A stretch of 64,000 nt of DNA from Cytophagales bacterium (GTDB lineage Bacteria > Bacteroidota > Bacteroidia > Cytophagales > MED-G16). Shown here piece after piece: positions 30,907-40,353 of this stretch. The notes under the pieces were generated by a model. That model ran no database searches. It worked only from the letters and a program-made list of their open reading frames with translations, and was not told the origin of the DNA. Positions within the stretch are counted from its first letter, which is position 1. Every line of letters starts with the position of its first letter. Both the position numbers and the translations under genes were made by a program. The stretch spans positions 65,936 through 129,935 of the forward strand of contig JBJLAJ010000006.1 of NCBI GenBank assembly GCA_045568775.1, in the 5' to 3' direction.

Positions 30907-31800
30907 TTAATGGTGTTCCTCTTCAACTGCTAAACCTATATATACACAAGAAAACATTGTAAATACATAAGCTTGTATACCTGCAACAAGTAACTCAATT
31001 ATATTAAGTGCAACCGCAAATAAGGAACTCATCACTCCAACTGTGTAACTACCAAAAATAAAAGTCATCCCAATAAAACTCAGTAATACAATATGTCCAG
31101 CCGTGATAGCTACAAAGAGTCTTAACATCAGAGAGAATGGTTTAGTAAAAACACCAATTATCTCAATTGGCAAAATAATTATTCTCATTATATTAGGCAC
31201 ATTTGGAGTCCAAAAAATATGTTTCCAATAATTCATATTTCCAGAAAGATTTGTCATAAAAAATGTGATTAAAGCTAATACCATAGTTATGGCAATATTT
31301 CCTGTTAAATTAGCTCCAGCAGGGAGAAGGCCTAAAACATTTCCAAAAAATATAAAGAAAAATAAAGTGAGCATATAAGGAAGGTATCTTTCATATTTTG
31401 GTCCTATATTAGGTTTGACTATGTCATCTTTAATGAAAATAATTAGTGGTTCAAAAAGAGATTGTATCCCCTTAGGAGTCTCCATCTTATTTTTATATTT
31501 AGATGCAACTAGAAGGAAAATCACTAGCATAAGTGCGGCGGTTATAAATAGGAAAAAAACGTTTTTTGTTATAGATAGATCAATATAAGAAGTAGATTCA
31601 TCTAGTGGGTATATCTTGCCATGATCATAATAAACTCCGTTATATCCTTCTTTTAGTGGTTTATGGTTTTCATCGAACAAATTAGATGAAGAAAATACAG
31701 TCAACCCCTCATTTTCAACATATAATATTATAGGCAGAGGAATCACAACGCCATGTGTAATTTCATATTGATAATCATCAAGGATATGATGCATAATCAT
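30907..31800 (-). CDS. atpB: F-type ATP synthase a subunit (body; the true 5' end is probably upstream, see the (TA)8 finding)
   Basis: 297-aa ORF with C-terminal helices (SLMLRLFVAITAGHIVL...) typical of subunit a. The frame remains open 39 codons upstream of the listed ATG. Confidence 0.9.
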   Translation of the reverse strand: MIMHHILDDYQYEITHGVVIPLPIILYVENEGLTVFSSSNLFDENHKPLKEGYNGVYYDHGKIYPLDESTSYIDLSITKNVFFLFITAALMLVIFLLVASKYKNKMETPKGIQSLFEPLIIFIKDDIVKPNIGPKYERYLPYMLTLFFFIFFGNVLGLLPAGANLTGNIAITMVLALITFFMTNLSGNMNYWKHIFWTPNVPNIMRIIILPIEIIGVFTKPFSLMLRLFVAITAGHIVLLSFIGMTFIFGSYTVGVMSSLFAVALNIIELLVAGIQAYVFTMFSCVYIGLAVEEEHH

Positions 31801-31834
31801 CCCACCAATATCTAATTTATTATTATCATTAGCA

Positions 31835-31921
31835 TCAGCAGAATATGCAGTATAAGAATTGAAGGAAAAGAATGAAATAAAGAGAACTATATATATATAT
31901 ATAAAATTTTTTGTGATTCAT
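31835..31921 (-). other. ATG-initiated 28-codon ORF, one frame off atpB; probable displaced atpB start / signal-peptide n-region
   Basis: My own translation is ATG(31921) MNHKKFYIYIYSSLYFILFLQFLYCIFC, stop at 31837..31835. It shares the (TA)8 tract with the atpB frame. Confidence 0.5.
31888..31903. repeat. Perfect (TA)8 dinucleotide repeat inside the atpB 5' region
   Basis: Read directly: tatatatatatatata. It is the longest dinucleotide run I noticed in the window. Confidence 0.95.
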
Positions 31922-31928
31922 TATTTTG

Positions 31929-32288
31929 CTATTCACGTTGCAAATTAATTAATAGAATTGTTATTTCAAATATTATAAATAATAAATACACAGACAAAAA
32001 ATTTAATATGAAAATCAACGTGCTTTCTCCGCTAAAATAATGGAAAAATAATATGAAAATTAGGGAAAAAAAGAATCTAAAAATTGTAGAAATAATCATT
32101 CTGATTATGGCACTATCTTTAGCGTTTAAATTATTTAAAAATTTAAATATAACATCCACTAAAATATTGAACCCGACAATATAAAATATATAACTATGTA
32201 TAAATTCTAAGTGTAATAAGAATAATACAGAGGCAAGAGTAAAGACAAAAAAATAAAAAACAATATGAGTTCTAAATAAAAAAATCAC
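31929..32288 (-). CDS. Small polytopic membrane protein in the AtpI position, function unknown
   Basis: 119-aa ORF with about 4 hydrophobic helices. An ATGA overlap joins it to the upstream AtpZ-like gene, and it ends just before the atpB leader. Confidence 0.5.
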   Translation of the reverse strand: MIFLFRTHIVFYFFVFTLASVLFLLHLEFIHSYIFYIVGFNILVDVIFKFLNNLNAKDSAIIRMIISTIFRFFFSLIFILFFHYFSGESTLIFILNFLSVYLLFIIFEITILLINLQRE

Positions 32289-32476
32289 TTACTTTCATTT
32301 TTATATATCCAAAAGAGTGAAATCATAAAACCGATAATTGGAAGAACGAAAGTTAAAATTCCAATTTTTTTTAAAAAAAACTTATCAGCCAGATAGCCTA
32401 ACACAACAAAAAATAAAATGATAAATAAAAACTGGAAACTTAAGTTAAGATATTTGAAATAGTATTTTTTATTCAT
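32285..32476 (-). CDS. AtpZ/AtpI-family small membrane protein
   Basis: The track ORF runs to 32539, but that extension lies inside the bactofilin gene. Met at 32476 (MNKKYYFKYLNLSFQFLFIILFFVVLGYLADKFF) gives a 63-aa two-TM protein typical of AtpZ, with an 8-nt overlap of the bactofilin stop. Confidence 0.6.
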   Translation of the reverse strand: MNKKYYFKYLNLSFQFLFIILFFVVLGYLADKFFLKKIGILTFVLPIIGFMISLFWIYKNESK

Positions 32477-32831
32477 TATCAGAATCATCTGCTTCAATCT
32501 CCTCTTTACCCATAGAACATGCTCCGTTAAAATTCGCACCTGATTCTATTATTAGATTATTTGTGGAAATATCACCATGAATAGAGGCTGTAGACTTAAG
32601 AATAAGTAGTTCTGTTACAGTAACTTTTCCAGTAACCTTTCCTGCTATCTCAGCATTATCTGCAATAACATTCCCATCAACTACCGATGTTTCTCCACAA
32701 GCTACTTTTGATGTTGAAGATAAATCACCAACCACTTTGCCTTCTAGTCTAACATTTCCAGATGTGTTAAGATTGCCCTTCAGAACACTTCCTTCACCTA
32801 TAATATTATTTGAACCGTTATTATTTTCCAC
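32469..32831 (-). CDS. Bactofilin (DUF583) cytoskeletal protein
   Basis: 120-aa ORF with the beta-helical repeat pattern GNVRLEGKVVGDL...VDGNVIADNAEIAGKVTGKV...IHGDISTNNLIIESGANFNG. Confidence 0.85.
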   Translation of the reverse strand: MENNNGSNNIIGEGSVLKGNLNTSGNVRLEGKVVGDLSSTSKVACGETSVVDGNVIADNAEIAGKVTGKVTVTELLILKSTASIHGDISTNNLIIESGANFNGACSMGKEEIEADDSDNE

Positions 32832-32861
32832 AACTATACATTTAAATTTCTACAAACTTAA

Positions 32862-33707
32862 TTATAATGAAATAAATTCCGAAGGATTTATAGATTTACC
32901 ATTTAACCATAACTCAAAATGAAGATGTGGCCCTGATGATAATTCTCCGGTATCGCCAATAATAGATATTACCTCTCCTGTTTTAACAATTTGTCCTGGT
33001 TCAACAAAAACTTTGGAGTTATGTTTATAAACTGATATCAAATTGTTTGGGTGAATTATACTTATAACATATCCGCTGTCTTTAGTCCATGAAGCAAGTA
33101 AGACTGTGCCGTCAAAAGCTGCTTTTATTGGCTCTTCTTTTTTACAGACATAATCAATACCAAAATGTCCATTTATTGGGTCATAATTTGAAGAAACAAT
33201 ACCAGATGAAACAGGCGAAATCAAAAGGATGTTTTGTTCCGAATCAATTGATCTTATTATTTCAGAGTAAGAGAAATTATTTTCATATTCTTCTCTAAAA
33301 AAAGAGTCAATTGCTGAATAATCATTAGTCAATGTTTTTAATTCATCACTATTATCTTCTGATTTCTTTTCAATAAATTCATTTTCCCCTCCAGATAAAA
33401 CAATCATTATATTTTCAATATATTGATCTTTAATTTCTGATTCAATTATTAATGAGTCTATAGAACTGGAGAGTTTTATTAACTCTTCATTTGCTTTCTT
33501 TTCAGCATACCTCGGATCGAACCACTTACTCAAAATTGTCGTTGATAAAAAGAAAGAAATAGAAAAAATTATTAAAAGTAGTATTGTAGAGTAAATGACC
33601 AAACTGAAATTAGAAAATTCATAAAATGAAAGTTCCTTAAAATCTCTTTTATTTCTAAAGATTATTTGGAGTCTATTTCTGAACCATTTAATAACTTTGT
33701 TTCTCAA
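32862..33707 (-). CDS. M23 (LytM-type) peptidoglycan endopeptidase, membrane anchored
   Basis: 281-aa ORF with an N-terminal TM and the metal-ligand motifs GHFGIDY and GPHLHFELW. Confidence 0.85.
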   Translation of the reverse strand: MRNKVIKWFRNRLQIIFRNKRDFKELSFYEFSNFSLVIYSTILLLIIFSISFFLSTTILSKWFDPRYAEKKANEELIKLSSSIDSLIIESEIKDQYIENIMIVLSGGENEFIEKKSEDNSDELKTLTNDYSAIDSFFREEYENNFSYSEIIRSIDSEQNILLISPVSSGIVSSNYDPINGHFGIDYVCKKEEPIKAAFDGTVLLASWTKDSGYVISIIHPNNLISVYKHNSKVFVEPGQIVKTGEVISIIGDTGELSSGPHLHFELWLNGKSINPSEFISL

Positions 33708-33789
33708 TGTAAAATTGGTTATTCTTTAAAGTAAAATGTAAAAATAAATATTTAATAGGTACGTTTTACCTAATGTATAAATAAAATCA

Positions 33790-36249
33790 ATGCAAATTAA
33801 ACCTTCATATTTTTTTATTATCATACTATTATACTCATGTAATTCAGTTATTAATACATTATATGATGATACAACAGCAAGATATAATGCGTATTTTATT
33901 GCTAATGAAGTCATAAGTGAAATAGAGAAAGAACTAATTGAAACAGCAGAATATAATTATGATAGCCTAATTAATCTCACATACGAGATTGATACAAATA
34001 GAGTATCTGGGTTAAAAGAAAAAAAAGATAATAGCATTCAAAAACTTTCGATTTTAATTCAAAGGCATCCAGATTCAAAATATGTATACCCAAGTTATGC
34101 TCTAATTGGTAAAAGTAGACTTCTTGCTATGGATATTGGGCAGGCTATAACAACACTGAAATATGTCAACTCTAAAACCAACAATGCTACTGCCCAACAA
34201 ATGTCATTAATATATCTGATGAGGGCTTATACAGAAAAAAAAGATTATTCAGCAGCGTTAGAGGTAAATGAGTTTTTAAAAAAACTATCAATAGAAAAAG
34301 ATTTAGCAATTGAATACTACTTAAACACTCATTACTTACACAAAAAGACTAATAACCTAACGGAAACTCTTAATACTCTATTTGAGTTAGAAAAGATAGT
34401 TAAAAACAGAAGGCTGATAAATAAAGTTTTCTTCGCTATAGGTCAAATATACTTGATACAAAATGAATATGATATTGCTGCATTATATTTCCAAAAATGT
34501 CTTAAAAACAACCCAACATTTGATATGGAATTTAATGCTAAAATATTTTATTCTAAATCTCTTTTTAACTCCTCTTCCGAAGATGTAAACAAATATTTTG
34601 GAAAGCTTTTAAAAGATAAAAAAAACATTGATAAGCTTGATAGAATATACTATGAAATAGGATTATTTAATATAAAAAGAGAAAAGTATAATAATGCAAT
34701 AAATAACTTCAAGTTATCTGTTGCAGAGAATAAATCTAAACGAGAGCTTTTATATAATTCCTTTAAAAATATAGCTGATATTTATTATGATAATTTGATA
34801 GAGTATAAATTATCAAAACTGTATTATGATAGTGCTCTAGCTAACATAAATAGAGAAAATAAAGACTATAGCTTACTCAAAGAAAAGAGTGATGTATTAA
34901 CAGATCTTGTTAATAATCTTGACATAATAGAAAGAAATGATAGTCTAATTCATTTAACATCCATCCCGGAAGACGAACTCTTGAAAATAATTGAAGTAAA
35001 CATAGAAAATAATGAAAAGAAACAAAGAGAGAAGAGAGTTAAAAAGGAAAGTCAAAACTTCCTTTTAAGTGAGCCGACAATTATTGATAATAATAATAAA
35101 GGAAGTTGGTATTTTAACAATCCTTCAATGGTTAGTTCTGGGAGAAATGAATTCCAAAGAAAATGGGGAAATAGAGAATTAGCAGATAATTGGAGAATCA
35201 GCTCTAAAATAAGTTTCACATCTATAAATGATAATATTGAAGAGGTGGTTCAAGATAGTTCTGATGAAGAAAGTGTAGAAAAAGAAAATGAAATGAACGC
35301 AGAAGATTTAATGTCAAGTCTACCATTTAGTGATGAAGATAAAAATAAATTAAATAAAGAAACCGAGAAAGCATTCGTTGCTATAGGTAAAATATATGTA
35401 CAAAAATTAGATGAAAAATTAAAAGGGATAAATACCTTTAAAATATTCATTGAAAGGTTTAGCAACTCTGAGTATTATGCCGAGGTCATCTATCAACTAT
35501 ATTTAATTGATGAAGAAAATGAAAAATATAAAAACATTATTCTTAATAATTTTAAAGAAACAATTTTTTATAAATTAATAGTAAATCCAGATTTTGAAGT
35601 TGATGAATTTAGAGAATATAATTTATTAAGAAATCTCTATGGCGTACTATATGATAAATTAAAAAATGAAGAAAACAATCACGTAGTAAATAAGGTTGAT
35701 TCACTACAAAAGATTTATTCTAAAAATCCGTTTTTTGAAAATATCAATTTACTTAGATCTATTGCTTTAGGTAAAAAAGGCGGAAATTTTTCGTTACAAT
35801 TTGAGTTGAAAAAATATTTAAATTCAGCAAAGGACAGGTCAACTATTGACTTTGCATCATCTCTATTAAATTCTGCTGAAACAGTGCATGATGATTTTAT
35901 ATTTAGTGGTCTTCCGCATTTTAAAAATAATAAAGATGATAAATATTTTTTCATAATAATAAAAACAGAAAACCAGACAGATAATTTTTCTATAAAACTT
36001 GAAAATACTCTCAAAGAACTTGATAAAAAAATTCCTATTTATTCATTCAGGCTTAATGATAAAACTTACTTTGACGCTATCTCAGATAACAATCTGAATT
36101 CACTGAAAGAAATCGAAGAAAAATTCAATTTGAACTTAGATACTAAAGAAATAAAAGTAAATGCTAATTTTGTTGTTGGAGAAAAAAACATGAACTTAAT
36201 TTTTAAATCTAAAAATTTTAATGAGTTTGTAAAATTTTATAATAGATGA
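33790..36249 (+). CDS. Large TPR lipoprotein; candidate T9SS component SprE/PorW
   Basis: 819-aa ORF with a lipobox (IIILLYSC), an N-terminal ...TTARYNAYFIANE segment that I associate with the PorW/SprE family (memory only), and many TPR-like repeats. Confidence 0.45.
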   Translation: MQIKPSYFFIIILLYSCNSVINTLYDDTTARYNAYFIANEVISEIEKELIETAEYNYDSLINLTYEIDTNRVSGLKEKKDNSIQKLSILIQRHPDSKYVYPSYALIGKSRLLAMDIGQAITTLKYVNSKTNNATAQQMSLIYLMRAYTEKKDYSAALEVNEFLKKLSIEKDLAIEYYLNTHYLHKKTNNLTETLNTLFELEKIVKNRRLINKVFFAIGQIYLIQNEYDIAALYFQKCLKNNPTFDMEFNAKIFYSKSLFNSSSEDVNKYFGKLLKDKKNIDKLDRIYYEIGLFNIKREKYNNAINNFKLSVAENKSKRELLYNSFKNIADIYYDNLIEYKLSKLYYDSALANINRENKDYSLLKEKSDVLTDLVNNLDIIERNDSLIHLTSIPEDELLKIIEVNIENNEKKQREKRVKKESQNFLLSEPTIIDNNNKGSWYFNNPSMVSSGRNEFQRKWGNRELADNWRISSKISFTSINDNIEEVVQDSSDEESVEKENEMNAEDLMSSLPFSDEDKNKLNKETEKAFVAIGKIYVQKLDEKLKGINTFKIFIERFSNSEYYAEVIYQLYLIDEENEKYKNIILNNFKETIFYKLIVNPDFEVDEFREYNLLRNLYGVLYDKLKNEENNHVVNKVDSLQKIYSKNPFFENINLLRSIALGKKGGNFSLQFELKKYLNSAKDRSTIDFASSLLNSAETVHDDFIFSGLPHFKNNKDDKYFFIIIKTENQTDNFSIKLENTLKELDKKIPIYSFRLNDKTYFDAISDNNLNSLKEIEEKFNLNLDTKEIKVNANFVVGEKNMNLIFKSKNFNEFVKFYNR

Positions 36250-38537
36250 ATAAATTAAAAAGAAATATAAAAAAATTATGGGTTATCCTATTATCAGGGA
36301 TAACATTCATAGCTATATTTATTATTTCCGTTAACTATAATGTATTTAATCTCTTTGGTGGGATGCCAAGTCTTCAAGATTTAGAAAAACCTGAGTCAGA
36401 GCTATCATCAGAATTATATTCAAGTGATAACATATTACTAGGAAAGTATTTTAGATACAATAGATCTCCAGTAAAATTTGACGAATTGTCTGATGAGCTG
36501 GTAACAACCCTTTTAGTTACAGAAGACATAAGGTTTTATAACCACTCGGGTATTGACCTGAAAGGACTTGTAAGGGCAACTTATGGCGTTATTAAAAACA
36601 TTGCAACATTTGGGTCAACTGGGCTTGAAGGTGGTGGAAGTACCATCACACAACAGCTAGCTAAAAATTTATTTAAGATTCGTAGAGAAAAAAAAGGTAA
36701 ACTAAGTAATGTTCCTTTCTTAGGTCTAGTAATATCAAAAGTTAAAGAGTGGATTGTTGCAGTCAAACTTGAAGAATTCTACACTAAAAAAGAGATTCTG
36801 GCAATGTACCTTAATACAGCAGAGTACGGAAGTAATTCCTATGGAATAAAAGTTGCTGCTAAAACATACTTTAATAAAGAACCCTCTCAGCTTAATTACA
36901 ATGAGTCATCAATAATTGTAGGATTATTAAATAAACCAACAAAATATAACCCTTTTTTTAATCCAGAAAACGCTACTAATAAAAGATCCGAGATATTTTA
37001 TAACCTATATAAGTACAGTATTGTAGATAAGACAGAGTATGATTCTCTAATACTTACAGATTTAAATTTAAATTATAAAGTACAAAATCAGAATGTAGGT
37101 CAAGCAACGTATTTCAGAACTGTAGTCAGAAATTATTTGATTAGCTGGGCAAAGGAAAATGGCTATGATTTATTTTCTGACGGATTAAAAATTTATACTA
37201 CCATTGATAGCAAAATGCAAGAACATGCAGAAAAGGCAGTAATCGAGCAGATGAATAGATTACAGAATATTTTTAGTGAACACTGGGACGGGAGGAATCC
37301 TTGGATTGATGAAAAAGGATTTGAAATAAAGGACTTTTTGAAGAATAATATTCAGAGAACACGCTATTTTAAAAATCTCCTAAAAAACAATGATAACGAT
37401 ACAATCAAAACTTTTGAATTATTAAATAAAAAGAAAAAGATGAGAGTTTTTAGCTGGAAAGGTGAGATTGACACAACCTTTAGCATAATGGATTCTTTAA
37501 AATACTATAAAAAATTTCTTCAGGCTGGTTTCGTTTCAATAGAACCAAAAACCGGACATATTAAAGCATGGGTAGGAGGAATAAACCATAAGTATTTTAA
37601 ATATGATCATGTAAAACAAGGAAAGAGACAGCCTGGTTCAACAATTAAGCCAATAGTATATGCAGCTGCAATAGATAACGGCTACTCTCCATGTTACCCA
37701 GTAGTAGATGCGCCAGTAGTTTTTGAATTACCAGGGCAAGACCCACCATACTGGAGGCCAGATAATCATAATGGTAAGTGGACAGGTGAAACTATGACAT
37801 TAAGACAAGCCATGGCTAAATCTGTTAATTCAATAACCGCATTTATGACAAAAAAACTATCTCCAAAGACTGTGGTAGACTACGCTAAGAAATTGGGAAT
37901 TCAAAGTAAATTAGACCCTGTGCCGGCAGTATGTCTTGGGGCTGGGGGTGATGTGTCTCTATTTGATCTTGTCGGTGCATATAGCACGTTTATTAATAAG
38001 GGAATTTGGACAGAGCCCTTTTTTATATCGCGTATTGAAGATAAGTATGGAAACTTAATACAAGATTTTATACCTACAAAACAAGAGGCACTTAGTGAAG
38101 AGACCGCATACCTAATGCTTCACATGCTAAAGGGATCAAAAGAAGAAGAAGGTGGTACCGCAAGAGGACTAAACCCAGAGTTAACTTTCAATAATGATGT
38201 TGGCGCTAAAACAGGTACAACTCAAAACGCGTCAGATGGGTGGTTCATAGGTGTAACTCATAATCTTGTTTCGGGTGCATGGGTAGGTGGTGATGATAGA
38301 AGTATACACTTTAGGGACTGGGTATATGGACAAGGAGCAAGAACAGCAATGCCAATATGGCAACAATATATGCTAAATGTTTATGCAGATAATACTCTTA
38401 GTATTGAAAAAGGAAGATTTGATAAACCTACCAAAAAAATAAATGTTGAGATTGATTGCTCAGTATACAATAATGAAATAAAATCTGATTCTTTAGATCT
38501 TATTTTAGATAAAATTGACGCTTCTGATATTTTCTAG
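36246..38537 (+). CDS. mrcA: Class A penicillin-binding protein (PBP1A; transglycosylase + transpeptidase)
   Basis: 763-aa ORF with EDIRFYNHSGID, GGSTITQQLAKN, the SxxK motif (GSTIKP) and KTGTT. An ATGA overlap joins it to the upstream gene. Confidence 0.92.
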   Translation: MNKLKRNIKKLWVILLSGITFIAIFIISVNYNVFNLFGGMPSLQDLEKPESELSSELYSSDNILLGKYFRYNRSPVKFDELSDELVTTLLVTEDIRFYNHSGIDLKGLVRATYGVIKNIATFGSTGLEGGGSTITQQLAKNLFKIRREKKGKLSNVPFLGLVISKVKEWIVAVKLEEFYTKKEILAMYLNTAEYGSNSYGIKVAAKTYFNKEPSQLNYNESSIIVGLLNKPTKYNPFFNPENATNKRSEIFYNLYKYSIVDKTEYDSLILTDLNLNYKVQNQNVGQATYFRTVVRNYLISWAKENGYDLFSDGLKIYTTIDSKMQEHAEKAVIEQMNRLQNIFSEHWDGRNPWIDEKGFEIKDFLKNNIQRTRYFKNLLKNNDNDTIKTFELLNKKKKMRVFSWKGEIDTTFSIMDSLKYYKKFLQAGFVSIEPKTGHIKAWVGGINHKYFKYDHVKQGKRQPGSTIKPIVYAAAIDNGYSPCYPVVDAPVVFELPGQDPPYWRPDNHNGKWTGETMTLRQAMAKSVNSITAFMTKKLSPKTVVDYAKKLGIQSKLDPVPAVCLGAGGDVSLFDLVGAYSTFINKGIWTEPFFISRIEDKYGNLIQDFIPTKQEALSEETAYLMLHMLKGSKEEEGGTARGLNPELTFNNDVGAKTGTTQNASDGWFIGVTHNLVSGAWVGGDDRSIHFRDWVYGQGARTAMPIWQQYMLNVYADNTLSIEKGRFDKPTKKINVEIDCSVYNNEIKSDSLDLILDKIDASDIF

Positions 38538-38541
38538 TTGA

Positions 38542-40353
38542 ATGATTAACTTAAAAAAGACTGATCTACCTACCTCACCAGGAGTTTACAAATTCTTAAA
38601 TAAAGACTCAGGAATAATTTATGTGGGGAAATCTAAAAATCTAAAAAAAAGAGTCAATAGTTATTTCAGAAAAAATGTTGAAAATAAAAAAATTAAAAGA
38701 ATGGTCAAAGAGGTTTCAAAAATTGAGTTTGTACTCTCAGAATCAGAACATGACGCATTACTATTAGAGAATAATTTAATAAAAGAAGACAAACCAAAGT
38801 ATAATATTTTATTGAGAGATGATAAAACATACCCTTGGATATGTATAAAAAATGAAAGGTTTCCTAGAGTTTTTTTAACTAGAAAGCATATAAAGGATGG
38901 GTCTGAATATTTTGGTCCTTTTACAAGTGTAAAGACAATTAACACATTGTTAAACATTATTAATAACATTTATCCGGTCAGAGTGAGCAATTATAACTTC
39001 TCAGAAAAAAAAATAAATAATACAAAAAACAGAATTGGGTTGAATATCCACTCTAAAAATGGGCACATCTTGATACTAGGCTTTCAAGAATACTCTAAAG
39101 AAAAGAAAGATTTATTGTCTGAGGATGAATACAATAAAAACATAAAATATGTACGAGAAATTTTAAATGGAAATTTTAAAAACGTCAAAGAATATCTAAA
39201 CAAAAAAATGATAAAATACTCGTCAAACCTAGAATTTGAGAAATCTCAAAGTATTAAAGAAAAATTAGAAATTCTTGATAGATATCAATCAAAATCTATT
39301 GTTGTAAATAATAAGATTAATAATCTAGATATTATTGGAATTATTGATGATGAAAAATCTTACTTCATTAATTTTATGAAAATAAATAATGGAATTATCA
39401 ATTCCTCTAAAACTTTTAAAACAAAGAAAACCCTAAATAATCTATCTGAGATAAGACAAATAATCTTTAATCTAAGATCAAAAAATAATACTTTAAATAA
39501 TAAACTTATTTCTAATATTGATTTAAAAAAACATATAGAAAATAAAAACGATTTTCAAATCCCAAGATCAGGAGACAAGAAGAAATTGATAGATATGAGT
39601 CTGAGAAACGTGCTGTTTTTTAAGAAGAATCTATATAATGAAAAGAAAGAAAGAAAAACTAAAAAAATATCAATTTTAGTAGATCTTAAAAATAAACTCA
39701 ACCTTAAAAATATTCCTTTTCATATTGAATGTTTTGATGTATCAAATATTCAAGGGAAGAATACTGTTGCTTCATTGGTAATGTTTAAGGATGGATACCC
39801 TAGCAAAAAAAGTTATAGAAAATTTAAAATAAAATCTGTCAACAAACCTGATGATTTTGAATCTATGAGAGAAGTGATATTCAGAAGATACTCAAGGATA
39901 TTAAAAGAGAAAGGAAGTCTGCCTGATCTCATAATAGTTGATGGCGGCAAAGGGCAACTGAGTTCAGCCTGTGACGTGATCAAAGAATTAAATATTTATA
40001 ATAAAATGAATATTATAGGTATTGCTAAAAAACTTGAAGAGATATATTTTCCTAATGACTCCATCCCTGTGTTACTTAGTAAAAAATCAGCACACTTGAA
40101 GCTTATACAAAATATAAGAAATGAGGCACATAGGTTTGCTATAACTTATCACAAACATCTCAGAAGTCAAACTTTTCTTAAGTCTAAACTTGAAGAAATA
40201 AAAGGTATTGGTGAAAAAACCAGATCAAAACTAATTAATGAATTTGGGTCACTTGAAAATACTATAAGTCAGAATATTGAAGTTTTATCTAAGTGTGTTG
40301 GTAAAAAAAGAGCAAATGATATAAGAGACTTTTTTAGAAATGAATCTAATTAA
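38542..40353 (+). CDS. uvrC: Excinuclease ABC subunit C
   Basis: 603-aa ORF with a GIY-YIG N-terminus (GVYKFLNKDSGIIYVGKSKNLKKRVNSYF) and C-terminal endonuclease plus HhH domains. Confidence 0.93.
   Translation: MINLKKTDLPTSPGVYKFLNKDSGIIYVGKSKNLKKRVNSYFRKNVENKKIKRMVKEVSKIEFVLSESEHDALLLENNLIKEDKPKYNILLRDDKTYPWICIKNERFPRVFLTRKHIKDGSEYFGPFTSVKTINTLLNIINNIYPVRVSNYNFSEKKINNTKNRIGLNIHSKNGHILILGFQEYSKEKKDLLSEDEYNKNIKYVREILNGNFKNVKEYLNKKMIKYSSNLEFEKSQSIKEKLEILDRYQSKSIVVNNKINNLDIIGIIDDEKSYFINFMKINNGIINSSKTFKTKKTLNNLSEIRQIIFNLRSKNNTLNNKLISNIDLKKHIENKNDFQIPRSGDKKKLIDMSLRNVLFFKKNLYNEKKERKTKKISILVDLKNKLNLKNIPFHIECFDVSNIQGKNTVASLVMFKDGYPSKKSYRKFKIKSVNKPDDFESMREVIFRRYSRILKEKGSLPDLIIVDGGKGQLSSACDVIKELNIYNKMNIIGIAKKLEEIYFPNDSIPVLLSKKSAHLKLIQNIRNEAHRFAITYHKHLRSQTFLKSKLEEIKGIGEKTRSKLINEFGSLENTISQNIEVLSKCVGKKRANDIRDFFRNESN

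Noticed and set aside
31918-31920. The idea that the in-frame TGA upstream of atpB reflects TGA recoding (genetic code 4 or 25) in this AT-rich genome.
   Set aside because: TGA clearly functions as a stop elsewhere. The sprE candidate (36247..36249), the DUF3050 gene (55895..55897), the MMPL gene (16198..16200) and the TPR gene (9078..9080) all end in TGA at sensible, family-typical lengths with ATGA-type coupling to the next gene. The standard bacterial code fits the whole window.
33726-33914. A 62-aa minus-strand ORF spanning the M23/sprE-candidate divergent region, and the 68-aa ORF 53906..54112 opposite the ArsC-like gene start.
   Set aside because: Both overlap the well-supported N-termini of the plus-strand genes and consist of AT-rich-codon residues (Ile/Leu/Tyr/Lys/Asn). 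They have no independent support.
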